Origin: Thermoleophilia bacterium | Lineage (GTDB): Bacteria; Actinomycetota; Thermoleophilia; Gaiellales; SKUG01 | Reading direction: 5' to 3' | NCBI GenBank assembly: GCA_025964435.1 | Contig: JAOPYV010000167.1 | Coordinates: 1,419-65,418, forward strand | DNA length: 64,000 nt | Part shown: positions 30,801 through 37,942 of the stretch, one piece after another | Numbering within the stretch: the first letter of the stretch is position 1 | How the letters are laid out: each line of letters opens with the position of its first letter | Notes under the pieces: generated by a model | Database searches by the model: none | Seen by the model: only the letters and a program-made list of their open reading frames with translations | What the model was told of the DNA's origin: nothing | Translations under genes and position numbers: made by a program

Positions 30801-33304
30801 CCGAGAGCTTCACCGGCTACGGCGTCATTCCGCCGCCGACGCTCGTCTCGCCGGCGAACAACGCGCGCATCAACACCGTTCCGCCGCTCGACTGGAACTG
30901 GCCGAGCGACGGCGGACCCGCCCCGACCGACTACGACCTCCTCGTCGACGGCATCGTGGTGACCAACGTCACCCACCCGACCTCCGTCTTCACGATCCTG
31001 GATCCGGGCGACGGCGTCCACACCTGGCAGGTCGTGCAGCACGATCCCTACACGGGTACCGTCAGCAGCGTCACGCGGACGTTCACCCTGGATCGCACGG
31101 CGCCGACCAACACCGGCCCGCTGACCCGCGTCGTCACCACCATCTCGTGGCCCGCCGTGAGCGACCCGGTCGTGCCCGTGGCCACCGGCATCGACCGCCA
31201 GGAGTTCTGGATCGACAACGGCGGCGGCCCGACCCTCGCCGCGACCCTCGGCGCCGCTGCGACGTCGTACGACTACGGCGTGCTGCCCGATGGCATCTAC
31301 ACGATGTTCGTGCGCGCCTTCGACAACGCTGGCAACTCGACCGACACCGCGCCGATCGTCATCACGAATGACTCGGTGCCGCCGACGGCGTTCACGCTCA
31401 CGGCGCCCGGCGCGCTGCCCGCGCTGCCGGCGATCACCGTCGGCCCGAACACGCCGCCCAGCTGCGAGACCACACCGACCTACCTGTCGGCGACGCCGAC
31501 CTTCGCCTGGTCCGCATCGAGCGACGCCACCAGTGGCCTCGCGGGCTACGACATCTACATCGACGGCGGGCTCGTCACCACGGTCGGCGCCGGCGTGACC
31601 AGCTACGTGGTCGCCACGCCGCTGTCGGCAGGCGCCCACACCTGGCACGTCGAAGCTCGCGACAACTTCGGCCTCTCCCGCAGCTCCACACCTGCCCCGA
31701 TGAACGTTCGGATCGATGCCGCATCGCCCACCGCGACGCAGGTCGCCCCGGCGAACGCATCCTTCACCGGCAACGCCACGCCGAGCCTGTCGTGGACCGC
31801 GGGTGACGACAACTGTGCAGCCCGGACCGAGCTGACCGTCGATGGCACGGTCATCGGAACCTTCGCGCCGACGACGAACTCCTGGTCGCCGACCGTTGCG
31901 CTCGCCGATGGCGCGCACACGTGGTCGATCCGCGTGTTCGACAGCGCCGGCAACATCACATCGAGCGGTGCGGCACGCACCTTCACCGTCGACACGACGC
32001 CGCCGTCCGCCATCACCGCCGTCTCGCCCGTCAACGCAGGCAGCATCAACGAGGGCATGCTGACCTTCGACTGGACCGACGGGACCGACACCGGTTCGGG
32101 CGTCAGTCGCTACGACATCGCCGTCGACGGCGTGCCCGTCCAGTCGAACCTGAGCGCCTCGACGCATGGCACGGTCGCCATCCACGCCGGCGTGCACACG
32201 TGGAGCATCCGCGCCTACGACGCCGTCGGGAACTTCGCCGACTTCACGTTCAGCTTCACGGCGCTGGCGGTTCCCGATGTCACGGCCCCGAACGCCTTCG
32301 ACCTGCTGACCCCGACCAATGGCGCCGCGATCACCGCCGGCACGGCGCTCTCATGGTCGCCTGCCTGGGACTTCTACGGAATCGCGAGCTACCGCATCTA
32401 CATCGACGGCCAGCTCTCCGGCACCGTGGCTGGCAACGTCACGAGCTTCACGCCGACCGTCGGCGTGGGCTCGCCGATCTGCTCCGTCGACTACGACCCG
32501 AGCGTCACGGCCGCCTGCATCACGGGCCAGACCTTCACCAACGGTGAGGTCGCCGGCGGACTGTCGACGCCGCCCGCCGTACCGTCCTCGAGCTGGAATG
32601 CCGCCGCCCAGGCCGGCTGGAGCGCCGCCGGCAACGCCTATGGCGTCGGCGATGCGGCCGTCACGCCCATCACCGCGGCAGCCGCTGGCTTCGATGGCGA
32701 CCGCATGTGGACCGCAATGGAGTACACCTCCAGCGTTCCCGCTGGTGGCGCCGACCTGCGCTTCGAACATCGCTACCGCTTCCACCGCCAGGGCGAGACG
32801 GTCCATGATGGCGGCACCGTCGAGCTGATGATCGATGACGCGGGCGACGGCTTCGGCAACGATACGTGGGAGACGACCTGCACCTACGGCGCACACGATA
32901 CGTACGGCGCTTCGGTGGCGTGTGACCACGAGGTCGTCGAGGCGGACGGCGGCTACGACGCAGTCTTCGCCGGGCCGGCAGCCAACCATCCGCTCGCGCA
33001 CCAGAACGGCTTCTCCGGCAGCCCCACCACGACGCAGCAGACCAAGATCCGGCTCTCGGAGTTCGCGGGCAAGGATATCCGCTTCCGCTTCCGCATCGGC
33101 ATGGATTCCTGCTACTCGGGCCAGGCGGCGTTCCGTGACGCGTACTGTCAGCCGCCGTTCGGCCGTGCCGTCTGGCGCATCGACAACGTGACGATGGCGA
33201 ACCCGTCGCTGCTGCCGGGCGCGCACACCTGGAACGTGCAGGCCGTCGACCCGTCGGGCAACGCGAGGACCTCGAACCAGACCTGGAACTTCAACCTGTC
33301 GTGA
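21812..33304 (+). CDS. Giant secreted multi-domain surface or adhesin-like protein (~3,830 aa)
   Basis: An uninterrupted 11.5-kb ORF with high GC3. Layout: signal peptide (MRHRRSTGRWVMGAIGAALMLLLISIPVLA), Lys/Pro/Ala-rich linker, PA14 domain, more than 25 Ig/FN3-like modules, and a C-terminal jelly-roll-like domain. Start is uncertain (21749-21845). Confidence 0.9.
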   Translation: MRHRRSTGRWVMGAIGAALMLLLISIPVLANGAGSKAKPASPAKATKPAACSTKSAAYRAAKPVKRGSKAKPVKPPRVCRTPLPPSAKFLPSFVPSTVAAELGKREKNGGQHGWAKLGASLGSTSSFTGPKGKVGVRLLGAPSATRTDFENGAAYVTKSYTAVQVFEGTSFKESIVVPKRLGARNWSWKLTLPKGRVPTVLANGGVDLGVGLFIPAPVITRADGTTIKTGSAWAVRADGTLTLRLNDKSFPTPYIIDPGVVPEVAFTGFSGVSANTYIDPAYALTRIYYNASQSGTFTANAAVHDPDTATPVDVCYPAYGAGWTSDGGCVPGSAGVPQGGILATYYSGSTSGSTYPGSAFTTNNNGANCANNSAGAVGPFSRIEQGINSYSNWGTAGVNDDAPYAELCADSFSGRWRGAIRTGATGGMHLFGAISDDGIRVTINGTRILSEWSEHTPAWHTSCPITLTANTTYPIEVEYFENNSSNRAQLRWWTLGSGNGPGGTANCLNPGDPIRTWIRTTAAGSTPWAPINETGVNATNGTAPTNWPIIPAGSTTTPGLHMPSNTFARTYSWTPTAAAPSPVTQNIVARDEDPDPDPGTTPFTAIADGVGPTGGTISISAPLNGGTYAATTGVTLNFNANGTTDGTPGLVSGMKPQNGEIHRQETTYANGACGAWPTTWTIGPGVTSAGSSIAPTANVSNDATRVGGLSNGKCYRWAVSFEDNVSNWGASTPTPALMIDTVAPPVAPVTFTEVTNPAWMHVSGSTLYYNGNTGNTGTFTVDVAASDPVSGVESVTYPGFATWPTGTAAAADAVAPYSRTYGWNDASSEPGTGLKTVVQDVATNVRDSNLFSVVRDVTAPAAATITYTNGMYGSSSHTVGFNRGNDGTGSGLATWHVERRSTPMVAGGVCDPYSTPWALDGVVDPTGTSYVSTGMVAGNCYQWQVVSTDNVGNVTTVASANELKYDDVAPAASFAGIVGVTGNAWRQPLTNTIWFNNSTAGGFRAQVVATDSLGVSGVNFPATGAAGWAGPTPTFDATGVANVFESAPYTWAAGAADPATITSVATDAAGNAANVTWDINLDTTAPAGGTLTLPSPIQQSLTIPITITVPTDAGSGIATWIVEMQSGTLSNGACSAYGGYTTVQSGTGTPPTSLNMVVAGSGCYLARLVTTDNVGNVNPAGAASPTPARVDQSAPTVAVTGPPDNSAQGGTFTISGTGSEPHSALTNVSVTYTGASTGTACASATLTPGAPGAWTWTCAWTTPPTDGIYTLTVTGTDSAGNASTATWHYLIDNVAPLASFTSWTETSAYLHAPGGADSDLLWYNPSAPAAGSGTVTATVTATDAGAGMDRVDFPGLGAAGWSGSGSDTTVAAGDLWSWNYAFTGGGAIGNPAPNNAVARDLAGATTGSPALDFRIEPDSTPPVGSTHSAFGGLQSATTLTSTLAVGTDAASGVARYAFELNFAPLEDGVCGAWDGWAPGGGSYASTANDGDVITFTHTINDPNGDGIPDWRDSFCMQARVNVFDNVGNVVQVPPNGIVRIDLADPTVAITTPASGTSQSGTFNVAGTADDDYVGTAPEYPLTGSGIDYVTVTYSGPATGTICATAPVTGPWTGHGWSCPWVTSALPDGLYTVTARSRDRSGRLSTISTSTYTLDNQAPIINFHSWLEGLGGGQMHAVGNVAWINPSAPAASYELDARVTATDAGSGVASVSFPAFGAGWTPSTAGNATLTSPLPVANAYTRPFTFSSGGSLATPGSLVATATDGAGNTATTPFEVRFDGAAPTGAATSVVSGLQNTASVAVTISPGVEGALESGLATWMLQYDMAPLANDTCGAFANSWGVVANGVGIAPAAINHDVTLLGSQCYRYRLRVVDNVGNGVDSAPSTNARRVDLVAPTVATLNPVSGSAHSGTFTVSGTATDAHSGIDHVRLTYLGGGGGTICDPATLAGTSPNWTFSCSWNTSALPDGPYTIRAVSFDRAGTPSAPVDIVVNLDNQPPFIGFYSFTETSPYTHWAGPVGTNQQIWFNPGAPAGSHSFDVNVTATDLGSGVDRVEFDGAGTGWTPGAVVASDASSAATPVADSYTATYTFDTTVPGLVDPPTLKATAFDPAGNPGVSTFEVVADTTAPTAGSIGYSNGFVPSTNVSVSIDTGGDGAGSGIKSWQLLRSDGTLSASSCIGWGAFTTSVATGTGAYVGSQSDTVTDPGCFRYELRVWDNVHNLVTWTSPNEIMVDLAPPTGTIVLAPATSPANQYLATPTRLYVNTSAGHSGTFTASVNASAASGVLDVNFPALAAGFSGDGTMPGPGPNFVRTYTWVAGASNPPAGTVATVQSNSLGSTGLPFDVVADPTAPSGGTTTYTSGFTAATTASISYTIGTDAGAGIAGHQLQREAGTLAAGVCTWSNTWTNAGAANGPLTYNDPVLAHASCYRYRVEVTDRVGNVGTTTPGLPIMVDTTAPTGATLVFVEDATDFASTHVPSGSTIYYRNGAGTVGSPENFWMEVRAIDAESGTGTVSFPVLAGNWSASAATPVAGGSRVSYGRWTTALEPGVVTAIVPNGSGLTTTITGNILADTSVSSAANWSIDYTHGFNTSTSIVVNWVDDLTDDRSGFATTTLHRRAYPFNVGTTLCDQSGFTDSSLGLVTGTTLTDASLVRPTCYRYWLAITDNVGNTAAIHPTTGGTTPPLFDTAWPTWDWKTTAAVDDIYPPAAFALTLPTNPVLPVITTAAAAPSCETVPTFGSSTPGFGWSASSDAQSGLDRYDVYVDGTGTVDAAVAAPGTSWTPPVLGDGAHTLGVRALDVQGNFTNAGPAFPANIRIDAAAPTATLSTPANGGWTSDTTPTLTWSAADANCLARVEVYVDNLVTPVAIASGSETSWTPTGALAEGLHSWRVEAVDAFGRRTSSPTSSFGVDTIAPAAFTLVAPTAGTTVRGFIDVTWTASSDGGSGLSGTSAYQVLIDGIVRTTVGSAITTANIAGITSGIHSVEVRAVDLVGNATLTATESFTGYGVIPPPTLVSPANNARINTVPPLDWNWPSDGGPAPTDYDLLVDGIVVTNVTHPTSVFTILDPGDGVHTWQVVQHDPYTGTVSSVTRTFTLDRTAPTNTGPLTRVVTTISWPAVSDPVVPVATGIDRQEFWIDNGGGPTLAATLGAAATSYDYGVLPDGIYTMFVRAFDNAGNSTDTAPIVITNDSVPPTAFTLTAPGALPALPAITVGPNTPPSCETTPTYLSATPTFAWSASSDATSGLAGYDIYIDGGLVTTVGAGVTSYVVATPLSAGAHTWHVEARDNFGLSRSSTPAPMNVRIDAASPTATQVAPANASFTGNATPSLSWTAGDDNCAARTELTVDGTVIGTFAPTTNSWSPTVALADGAHTWSIRVFDSAGNITSSGAARTFTVDTTPPSAITAVSPVNAGSINEGMLTFDWTDGTDTGSGVSRYDIAVDGVPVQSNLSASTHGTVAIHAGVHTWSIRAYDAVGNFADFTFSFTALAVPDVTAPNAFDLLTPTNGAAITAGTALSWSPAWDFYGIASYRIYIDGQLSGTVAGNVTSFTPTVGVGSPICSVDYDPSVTAACITGQTFTNGEVAGGLSTPPAVPSSSWNAAAQAGWSAAGNAYGVGDAAVTPITAAAAGFDGDRMWTAMEYTSSVPAGGADLRFEHRYRFHRQGETVHDGGTVELMIDDAGDGFGNDTWETTCTYGAHDTYGASVACDHEVVEADGGYDAVFAGPAANHPLAHQNGFSGSPTTTQQTKIRLSEFAGKDIRFRFRIGMDSCYSGQAAFRDAYCQPPFGRAVWRIDNVTMANPSLLPGAHTWNVQAVDPSGNARTSNQTWNFNLS
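22826..23294 (+). other. PA14 domain within the giant protein
   Basis: GILATYYSGS...FSGRWRGAIRTGATGGMHLFGAISDDGIRVTINGTRIL...TYPIEVEYFENNSSNRAQLRWW matches the PA14 pattern (YY, F..RW.G, DDG.rv.ing, Y.i.veY.e). Confidence 0.8.
24029..29900 (+). repeat. Divergent protein-level super-repeats inside the giant gene (A-B and A-B-C domain units)
   Basis: Units begin with D-x-x-A/P-P at nt 24029, 24707, 25685, 26771, 27788, 28502 and 29162. Three full A-B-C triads lie at 24707-25684, 25685-26770 and 26771-27787. A is xWxNPSAPA...VTATDxGSGVxxVxFP, B is SGxAxW...CGAW...DNVGNV, and C is APTVA...SGTFxxxGTAxD...WxCxWxTSALPDGxYT. Confidence 0.75.
29905..32270 (+). repeat. Two paralogous ~0.9-kb three-domain blocks in the giant gene (29905-30830 and 31370-32270)
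   Basis: The blocks are collinear at roughly 40-50% identity by eye. Examples: PSCETVPTFGSSTPGFGWSASSDAQSGLDRYDVYVDG vs PSCETTPTYLSATPTFAWSASSDATSGLAGYDIYIDG; IDAAAPTATLSTPANGGWTSDTTPTLTWSAADANC vs IDAASPTATQVAPANASFTGNATPSLSWTAGDDNC. Confidence 0.75.
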
Positions 33305-34832
33305 CGTGGTCCTCGGCGATGATGTGTCGGCCGAGCTGCGTGAAGACCGGGTCGTGGACCGGGGCGATGACGCCCCAGTAAAGCCCGCTCCAGATCGAGT
33401 CGTTCTCCAGCGTCGCGAGCTGGTGCAGTCGCGAACCGCCGGGCCGGGGTTCGATCCGGAAGTCGAGCCGCGCCGCACCCGGCACGCGCATCTCCGCCAC
33501 GAGCCGGAGCTGTCGTTCCGGCACGAGTCGCTCCACCCGCCAGAAGTCGAGCGCATCGCCGACGTGCAGCTGATCGCCGGGCGGTCGGCCACGTCGCAGG
33601 CCCGGCCCACCGGTCACGCGGTCGAACAGCCCGCGCAGCCGCCAGAGCGGGTCGACGTGTCGCCCGTAGCCGTTGCTCCCGCCGATCTCCACGACCCGGC
33701 GGTACAGCTCCGCGGGCGTCAGGCTCGTATCGAAGGTGCGGTAGTCGCGGAACTCCTCGCGCTGCGGCCAGAATCGAACGCGTGTGCGCAGGCGCGGGCC
33801 GGGTTCCCGCCCGACGCTCGACGGCGGGCGGATGCCCTGGCGCTGCGCGTCGGCCCACCGTGATTCGCGCAGGTCCGCAGCGGCGATCTTGTCGAGCGCG
33901 CGACGCACCGAGAGACGGTAGGAGCTCAGCTCGCGCGGCATCCACTCGCGGATGCGCAGGTCGTCGCAGACGACGTCGTTGCGCAGGCCCTCCACGAGCG
34001 GACGGGCGACGTCCATGTCGACGCTTGTCACGAGGTGGAGCCAGTAGGACGAGAGCCGCGGGGAGATCAGCGGCACCGTCACGTTGCGGAACGGCAGACC
34101 AAGCTCTTCTGCGCAGATCCGGATCAGGTCGACGTAGCGATGCACGTCACCCGACCCGATCTCGAGCACTTCGCCGATCGTGCGCGGCTCGTCGAGCACG
34201 CCGACGAGGTACCACGTGACATCGCGGATCGCGATCGGCTCACACTGGCTGTCCACCCAGCGCGGCGTCAGCATCGCGGGGAGTCGACGCGCGAGGTCAT
34301 GGATCATGTCGAACGATGCACTTCCGGAGCCCACGATCACCGCTGCGCGCAGCTCCGTGACCGGCACGCCGGCCTCAGCCAGCGCCTCGCCGGTGTCGTG
34401 ACGACTACGCAGGTGCATCGACAGGTCGTCGGTGTCACGCCCCAGGCCGCTCAGGTAGATGATCCGTTGCACGCCCGCCGCGGCGCAGGCTGCACCGAAG
34501 TTGCGCGCCGCGGTGATGTCAGCCGTCGCGAACCCGCCCGACTTGTTCGGATGGCCGCCACCCATCGAGTGCACGAGGTAATAGGCGGCGTCGACGCCGA
34601 CCAGCGCGCGCTCGAGGCTCGCTGGATCGAAGACGTCACCCTGCACCACCTCGAGGCCCGCGTCGTCGCGGAAGGCGCGACTGGCCAGCTTGGCGGGCGT
34701 GCGGGCCAGCGCGCGCACGCGTCGACCGGATTCCAGCAGCTCGGGGATGAGCCGCCCGCCGACGTAACCCGTGGCTCCCGCGACCAGCACGACCTGGGTC
34801 GATTCGTCACGTGGTGCTGCGGCTTCGTCCAT
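33291..34832 (-). CDS. NAD(P)-binding SDR-family protein with a C-terminal DUF2867-like domain
   Basis: Rossmann motif VLVAGATGYVGGRL. The C-terminal half resembles DUF2867/SRPBCC-like tails. 14-nt convergent overlap with the end of the giant gene. Confidence 0.85.
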   Translation of the reverse strand: MDEAAAPRDESTQVVLVAGATGYVGGRLIPELLESGRRVRALARTPAKLASRAFRDDAGLEVVQGDVFDPASLERALVGVDAAYYLVHSMGGGHPNKSGGFATADITAARNFGAACAAAGVQRIIYLSGLGRDTDDLSMHLRSRHDTGEALAEAGVPVTELRAAVIVGSGSASFDMIHDLARRLPAMLTPRWVDSQCEPIAIRDVTWYLVGVLDEPRTIGEVLEIGSGDVHRYVDLIRICAEELGLPFRNVTVPLISPRLSSYWLHLVTSVDMDVARPLVEGLRNDVVCDDLRIREWMPRELSSYRLSVRRALDKIAAADLRESRWADAQRQGIRPPSSVGREPGPRLRTRVRFWPQREEFRDYRTFDTSLTPAELYRRVVEIGGSNGYGRHVDPLWRLRGLFDRVTGGPGLRRGRPPGDQLHVGDALDFWRVERLVPERQLRLVAEMRVPGAARLDFRIEPRPGGSRLHQLATLENDSIWSGLYWGVIAPVHDPVFTQLGRHIIAEDHVTTG

Positions 34833-34932
34833 CGATGATTCCTACCCATCGGGCGGCGGGTTGATCGGCGGCGTGCGATGATCCGGGTGTGATCCGCAGC
34901 GCCCATAGACCCAGCCAGCAGGAGCCGACCCG

Positions 34933-35919
34933 ATGAAGCGCGGCGGTGGCATGCCGAACTGGCTGCTCGCGCTCATCACCCTGTCGCTGCTGGGAGGAGC
35001 TGCGGCGCTGTTCCTCCAGCCCGGCGGAGATCCCGCGCCACCCGTCCAGGGTTCGCCGGACGTCGAGGGCGAGGATTCCGGCGGCGACATGGGCGAGCTG
35101 CGACTGCCGTCCAAGGACGGAGCCACCGATACGCGACGTCGCGGCACGACCGGCCGGGAGCGCGCAAGCGCCGACGCCGCCGAAGAGGACGCGGATGCAG
35201 ATTCCGACGCCGAGGATTCCGGTGACGATCCTGACACCGCTGCAGAACGTCCGGCGACGTTCCGCAACCTCGACGGGGTCACGATTGCACTCGCGCCAGC
35301 ATCGGCGACCGCTGCTGCCACCACTGGCACGGCCGGGGCCGCAGCGACCTCGGCAGGCAGTCGCGTACGCGTCGGCCCGCTGCGGACGACGTGCGCCGGG
35401 GAGCGCGTCATCGCAGCCCTTGCCGTGGAGATCGCCCTGCTCGACCGCCTCGATCGCATCCTGACCACCGCCGGCGCCAAGGTCACGCGACTCGATGATC
35501 CCGCCACGCGGCGGGTGGCGTGTCGCGACGCCCGCGCAGCGGCGCTGGGCGCGGCAGACTGGTTCCTCGTGGTCGCGGCAGTGCAGCCCACCGCCGACCC
35601 CAGCCGCGTGGTCGCGGCACGCACCGCTGGCACGCTTCCGGCCGTCGAGCAGCAGCGATCCGCACTCCTGGCGCAGGAGCTCGCCGCGGCGTTGCAGCTC
35701 CCGCGCGCACGCACGACGGCGAAGCAGTCTGCCACGGATGCGGTCGCCGCACTGACCGCGGGTGCGCTCGACCTGCCGGGCGGCGGCGCGGGAGCGCTCT
35801 ACCTGCTGACGGCCGAGCGCAGGTCCGGAACGGACCTGGATACGCTCGCCACCCAGCTCGCCACGGGCTTCGCTGGTGTCGTCACGCGGGGCACGGCCGC
35901 CGACCCCGCCACCGACTAG
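34933..35919 (+). CDS. Membrane-anchored hypothetical protein with an acidic linker
   Basis: N-terminal TM (WLLALITLSLLGGAAALFL), a Asp/Glu-rich spacer, then a ~190-aa alpha/beta-looking domain. GC3 is high throughout. Confidence 0.65.
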   Translation: MKRGGGMPNWLLALITLSLLGGAAALFLQPGGDPAPPVQGSPDVEGEDSGGDMGELRLPSKDGATDTRRRGTTGRERASADAAEEDADADSDAEDSGDDPDTAAERPATFRNLDGVTIALAPASATAAATTGTAGAAATSAGSRVRVGPLRTTCAGERVIAALAVEIALLDRLDRILTTAGAKVTRLDDPATRRVACRDARAAALGAADWFLVVAAVQPTADPSRVVAARTAGTLPAVEQQRSALLAQELAAALQLPRARTTAKQSATDAVAALTAGALDLPGGGAGALYLLTAERRSGTDLDTLATQLATGFAGVVTRGTAADPATD

Positions 35920-35937
35920 AGGATTCGGCCACAGCCG

Positions 35938-37926
35938 CTAGCGACGGTGCGCGGCACTCGAATCGCGATCACGGGATGCAGCACGCATCGACCCGGTCCA
36001 GGTCGCCAGCTCGATCGCGAAGCACGTCACGCCCTCCAGCTCGCCGTCGGCTTCGGCGCCGGCAACTGCAGCGTTCAGCTCGATCCGGCCGCCCATCGCC
36101 TCGACCAGACGCCGCGCCGAGTACAGGCCCATTCCGGCGCCGCCGACCGCACTGCGCATCTCCGGGTCGAGACGGTGGAAGGGCTCGAAGATCGCATCCT
36201 GCTGCTGGACCGGGATGCCGGGTCCGTGGTCGCTCACTGAGATGCGCGCGTTGGCGCCCTCGGTGCGCACCGCGACCTCCACCGGCGCGTGTCCATACTT
36301 GATCGCGTTGTCGATGAGCGCGCAGAGCGCGCGGACCAGCGCCCGCCGGTCAGCACGCAGCACGACGCCATGGTCCGGGGCATCGACGATGACCTCGTTG
36401 CCGGCATCGCCGAGCGATTCGAGTGCTGATGCGATCGCGTCCACGGCCTCGACCGGCTCCGGTGTCACCGACACCTTGTCGCGCGCCAACAGCGAGCTCT
36501 CGAAGAGCGAGTCCACGACGTCGTCGAGCCGCTGCGCATCCAGCAGGAGCTGCTCGATCGACTGGCGCCGCAGCTCATCCGACAGCGGGAGCGTGGGATC
36601 AGCGAGCGTGGAGGCGAATCCGAGGATCGATGTCAGTGGCGTGCGCAGCTCGTGCGCTGCGGTGACCAGGAAGTTGGTGCGTGCCTGCTCGATCGACAGC
36701 GAGGGCGCGGCGTCGCGGAAGACCTGGAGGATGCCGCCGCCCTTCATCCGACGGACCGACAGGTCGACGGCAAGGTGCGCGGTGCCACCGGCGAGCGGCA
36801 GCAGGATGCGGCGACGCCCCGGTCGGCGCTGGGATGCCAGCAGCTCCGCCGTCGGCGCCCCGGACCTCGCGTCCGCGATGTCGACGCCGGTGATCCGTGC
36901 CGCGCCGGCGTTCCACGTCGCTATCCGGCCCGATTCGTCCCACGCACACACGCCATCGTCGATCGACGAGAGGGTTCGGTCGAGTTGATCGACGGCGCGC
37001 TCGAGGGTGCCGATCCGAACCTGCAGCTCGCCCGCGAGGTCATTGAGGCTCGTCGCGACGCGCGCGCCGGCATCCGAGCCGGCGACCGGCATGCGAATGT
37101 CGAAGTCGCCGCTCGACATGCGTTCCGCGCTCGCCGCGAAGGTGCGCAGCATCCGATTCATGATGAGCGCCACCGCGACACCGCCGAGCATCCCGGCGGC
37201 CAGCAGGAACAGCACGGCGAGCCGCAGCTCGCCGCCTCGTCCGTGCAGCAGCAGCGCCATGGGGGTCCCGTCCATCGCTGCGACCAGCTGGATCTGGCGG
37301 GACGAGTCGATCGTCACCGTCCGCCACCGCGTCGGCGCTTCGGGCGTGAATCGTGGGGCCGACCCGGCAAGCTGCGCCGACCAGTCGCCGGCGACGTCGC
37401 CCCCGACCGGACGCGTCGTCATGTCGGGCCGGAGCACCGCAAGTCCCACGCCGAGGTCGCGTGCGGCCCGCCCGAGCAGCTCGTTGGTGGCACCCGGCTG
37501 CTGCACGGCGATCTCCATGCCAGCCTCCGGGTCACGAAGCTCGAGGTAGCCCGAGATCGGGTCGTCGCCCGTGCGATCCGCACCGAGCTCGCGGACCTCG
37601 ACGTCGAGCTCGTCGTCGCCTTCGCCTCCGGCGTCCGCCCAGGCACGCTGCACCAGCTCGACCAGCTCCACGTCGTCGGCCCCTGAACGCGCCGCAGTGC
37701 GTGCCTCCGCTGCGCTGCTGGCAAGCGCGAACTCGATGGTCGCGCGCCGCGACTGCACCTGCGCCGAGGCCCGGGCGAGCGCCTGGTCGAGGTCCGGGTC
37801 CACCTGCCGGGCAGCGATCCGCTCCGGCACGGCAAGGAGGATCGCCCCGCCCACGATGAAGGGGAGGAGGGCACTTGCCACGCCGGCGAGGGCGAGGCGC
37901 GAGGTCAGGCCAAGTCGAATCTTCAC
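35938..37926 (-). CDS. Membrane sensor histidine kinase (TM-HAMP-PAS-HisKA-HATPase), orphan
   Basis: H-box TAAHELRTPLTSILGF. ATPase boxes LIDNAIKYG and GAGMGLYSARRLV. Two TM segments. Start set to GTG 37926 (VKIRLG); the 39 codons upstream in the track ORF are low-complexity. Confidence 0.85.
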   Translation of the reverse strand: MKIRLGLTSRLALAGVASALLPFIVGGAILLAVPERIAARQVDPDLDQALARASAQVQSRRATIEFALASSAAEARTAARSGADDVELVELVQRAWADAGGEGDDELDVEVRELGADRTGDDPISGYLELRDPEAGMEIAVQQPGATNELLGRAARDLGVGLAVLRPDMTTRPVGGDVAGDWSAQLAGSAPRFTPEAPTRWRTVTIDSSRQIQLVAAMDGTPMALLLHGRGGELRLAVLFLLAAGMLGGVAVALIMNRMLRTFAASAERMSSGDFDIRMPVAGSDAGARVATSLNDLAGELQVRIGTLERAVDQLDRTLSSIDDGVCAWDESGRIATWNAGAARITGVDIADARSGAPTAELLASQRRPGRRRILLPLAGGTAHLAVDLSVRRMKGGGILQVFRDAAPSLSIEQARTNFLVTAAHELRTPLTSILGFASTLADPTLPLSDELRRQSIEQLLLDAQRLDDVVDSLFESSLLARDKVSVTPEPVEAVDAIASALESLGDAGNEVIVDAPDHGVVLRADRRALVRALCALIDNAIKYGHAPVEVAVRTEGANARISVSDHGPGIPVQQQDAIFEPFHRLDPEMRSAVGGAGMGLYSARRLVEAMGGRIELNAAVAGAEADGELEGVTCFAIELATWTGSMRAASRDRDSSAAHRR

Positions 37927-37942
37927 GTCAGTGGCACCTGGC

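Noticed and set aside
28547-32197. 1216-aa ORF antisense to the giant gene (also 22319..23797, 23882..25675, 25706..26836, 27002..28462 and 32351..33610 on the minus strand)
   Set aside because: The translations are Arg/Gly/Asp/Ala-rich and low-complexity with no motifs. They lie exactly antisense to a frame with strong GC3 bias and clear domain structure. Long stop-free antisense frames are expected at ~70% GC.
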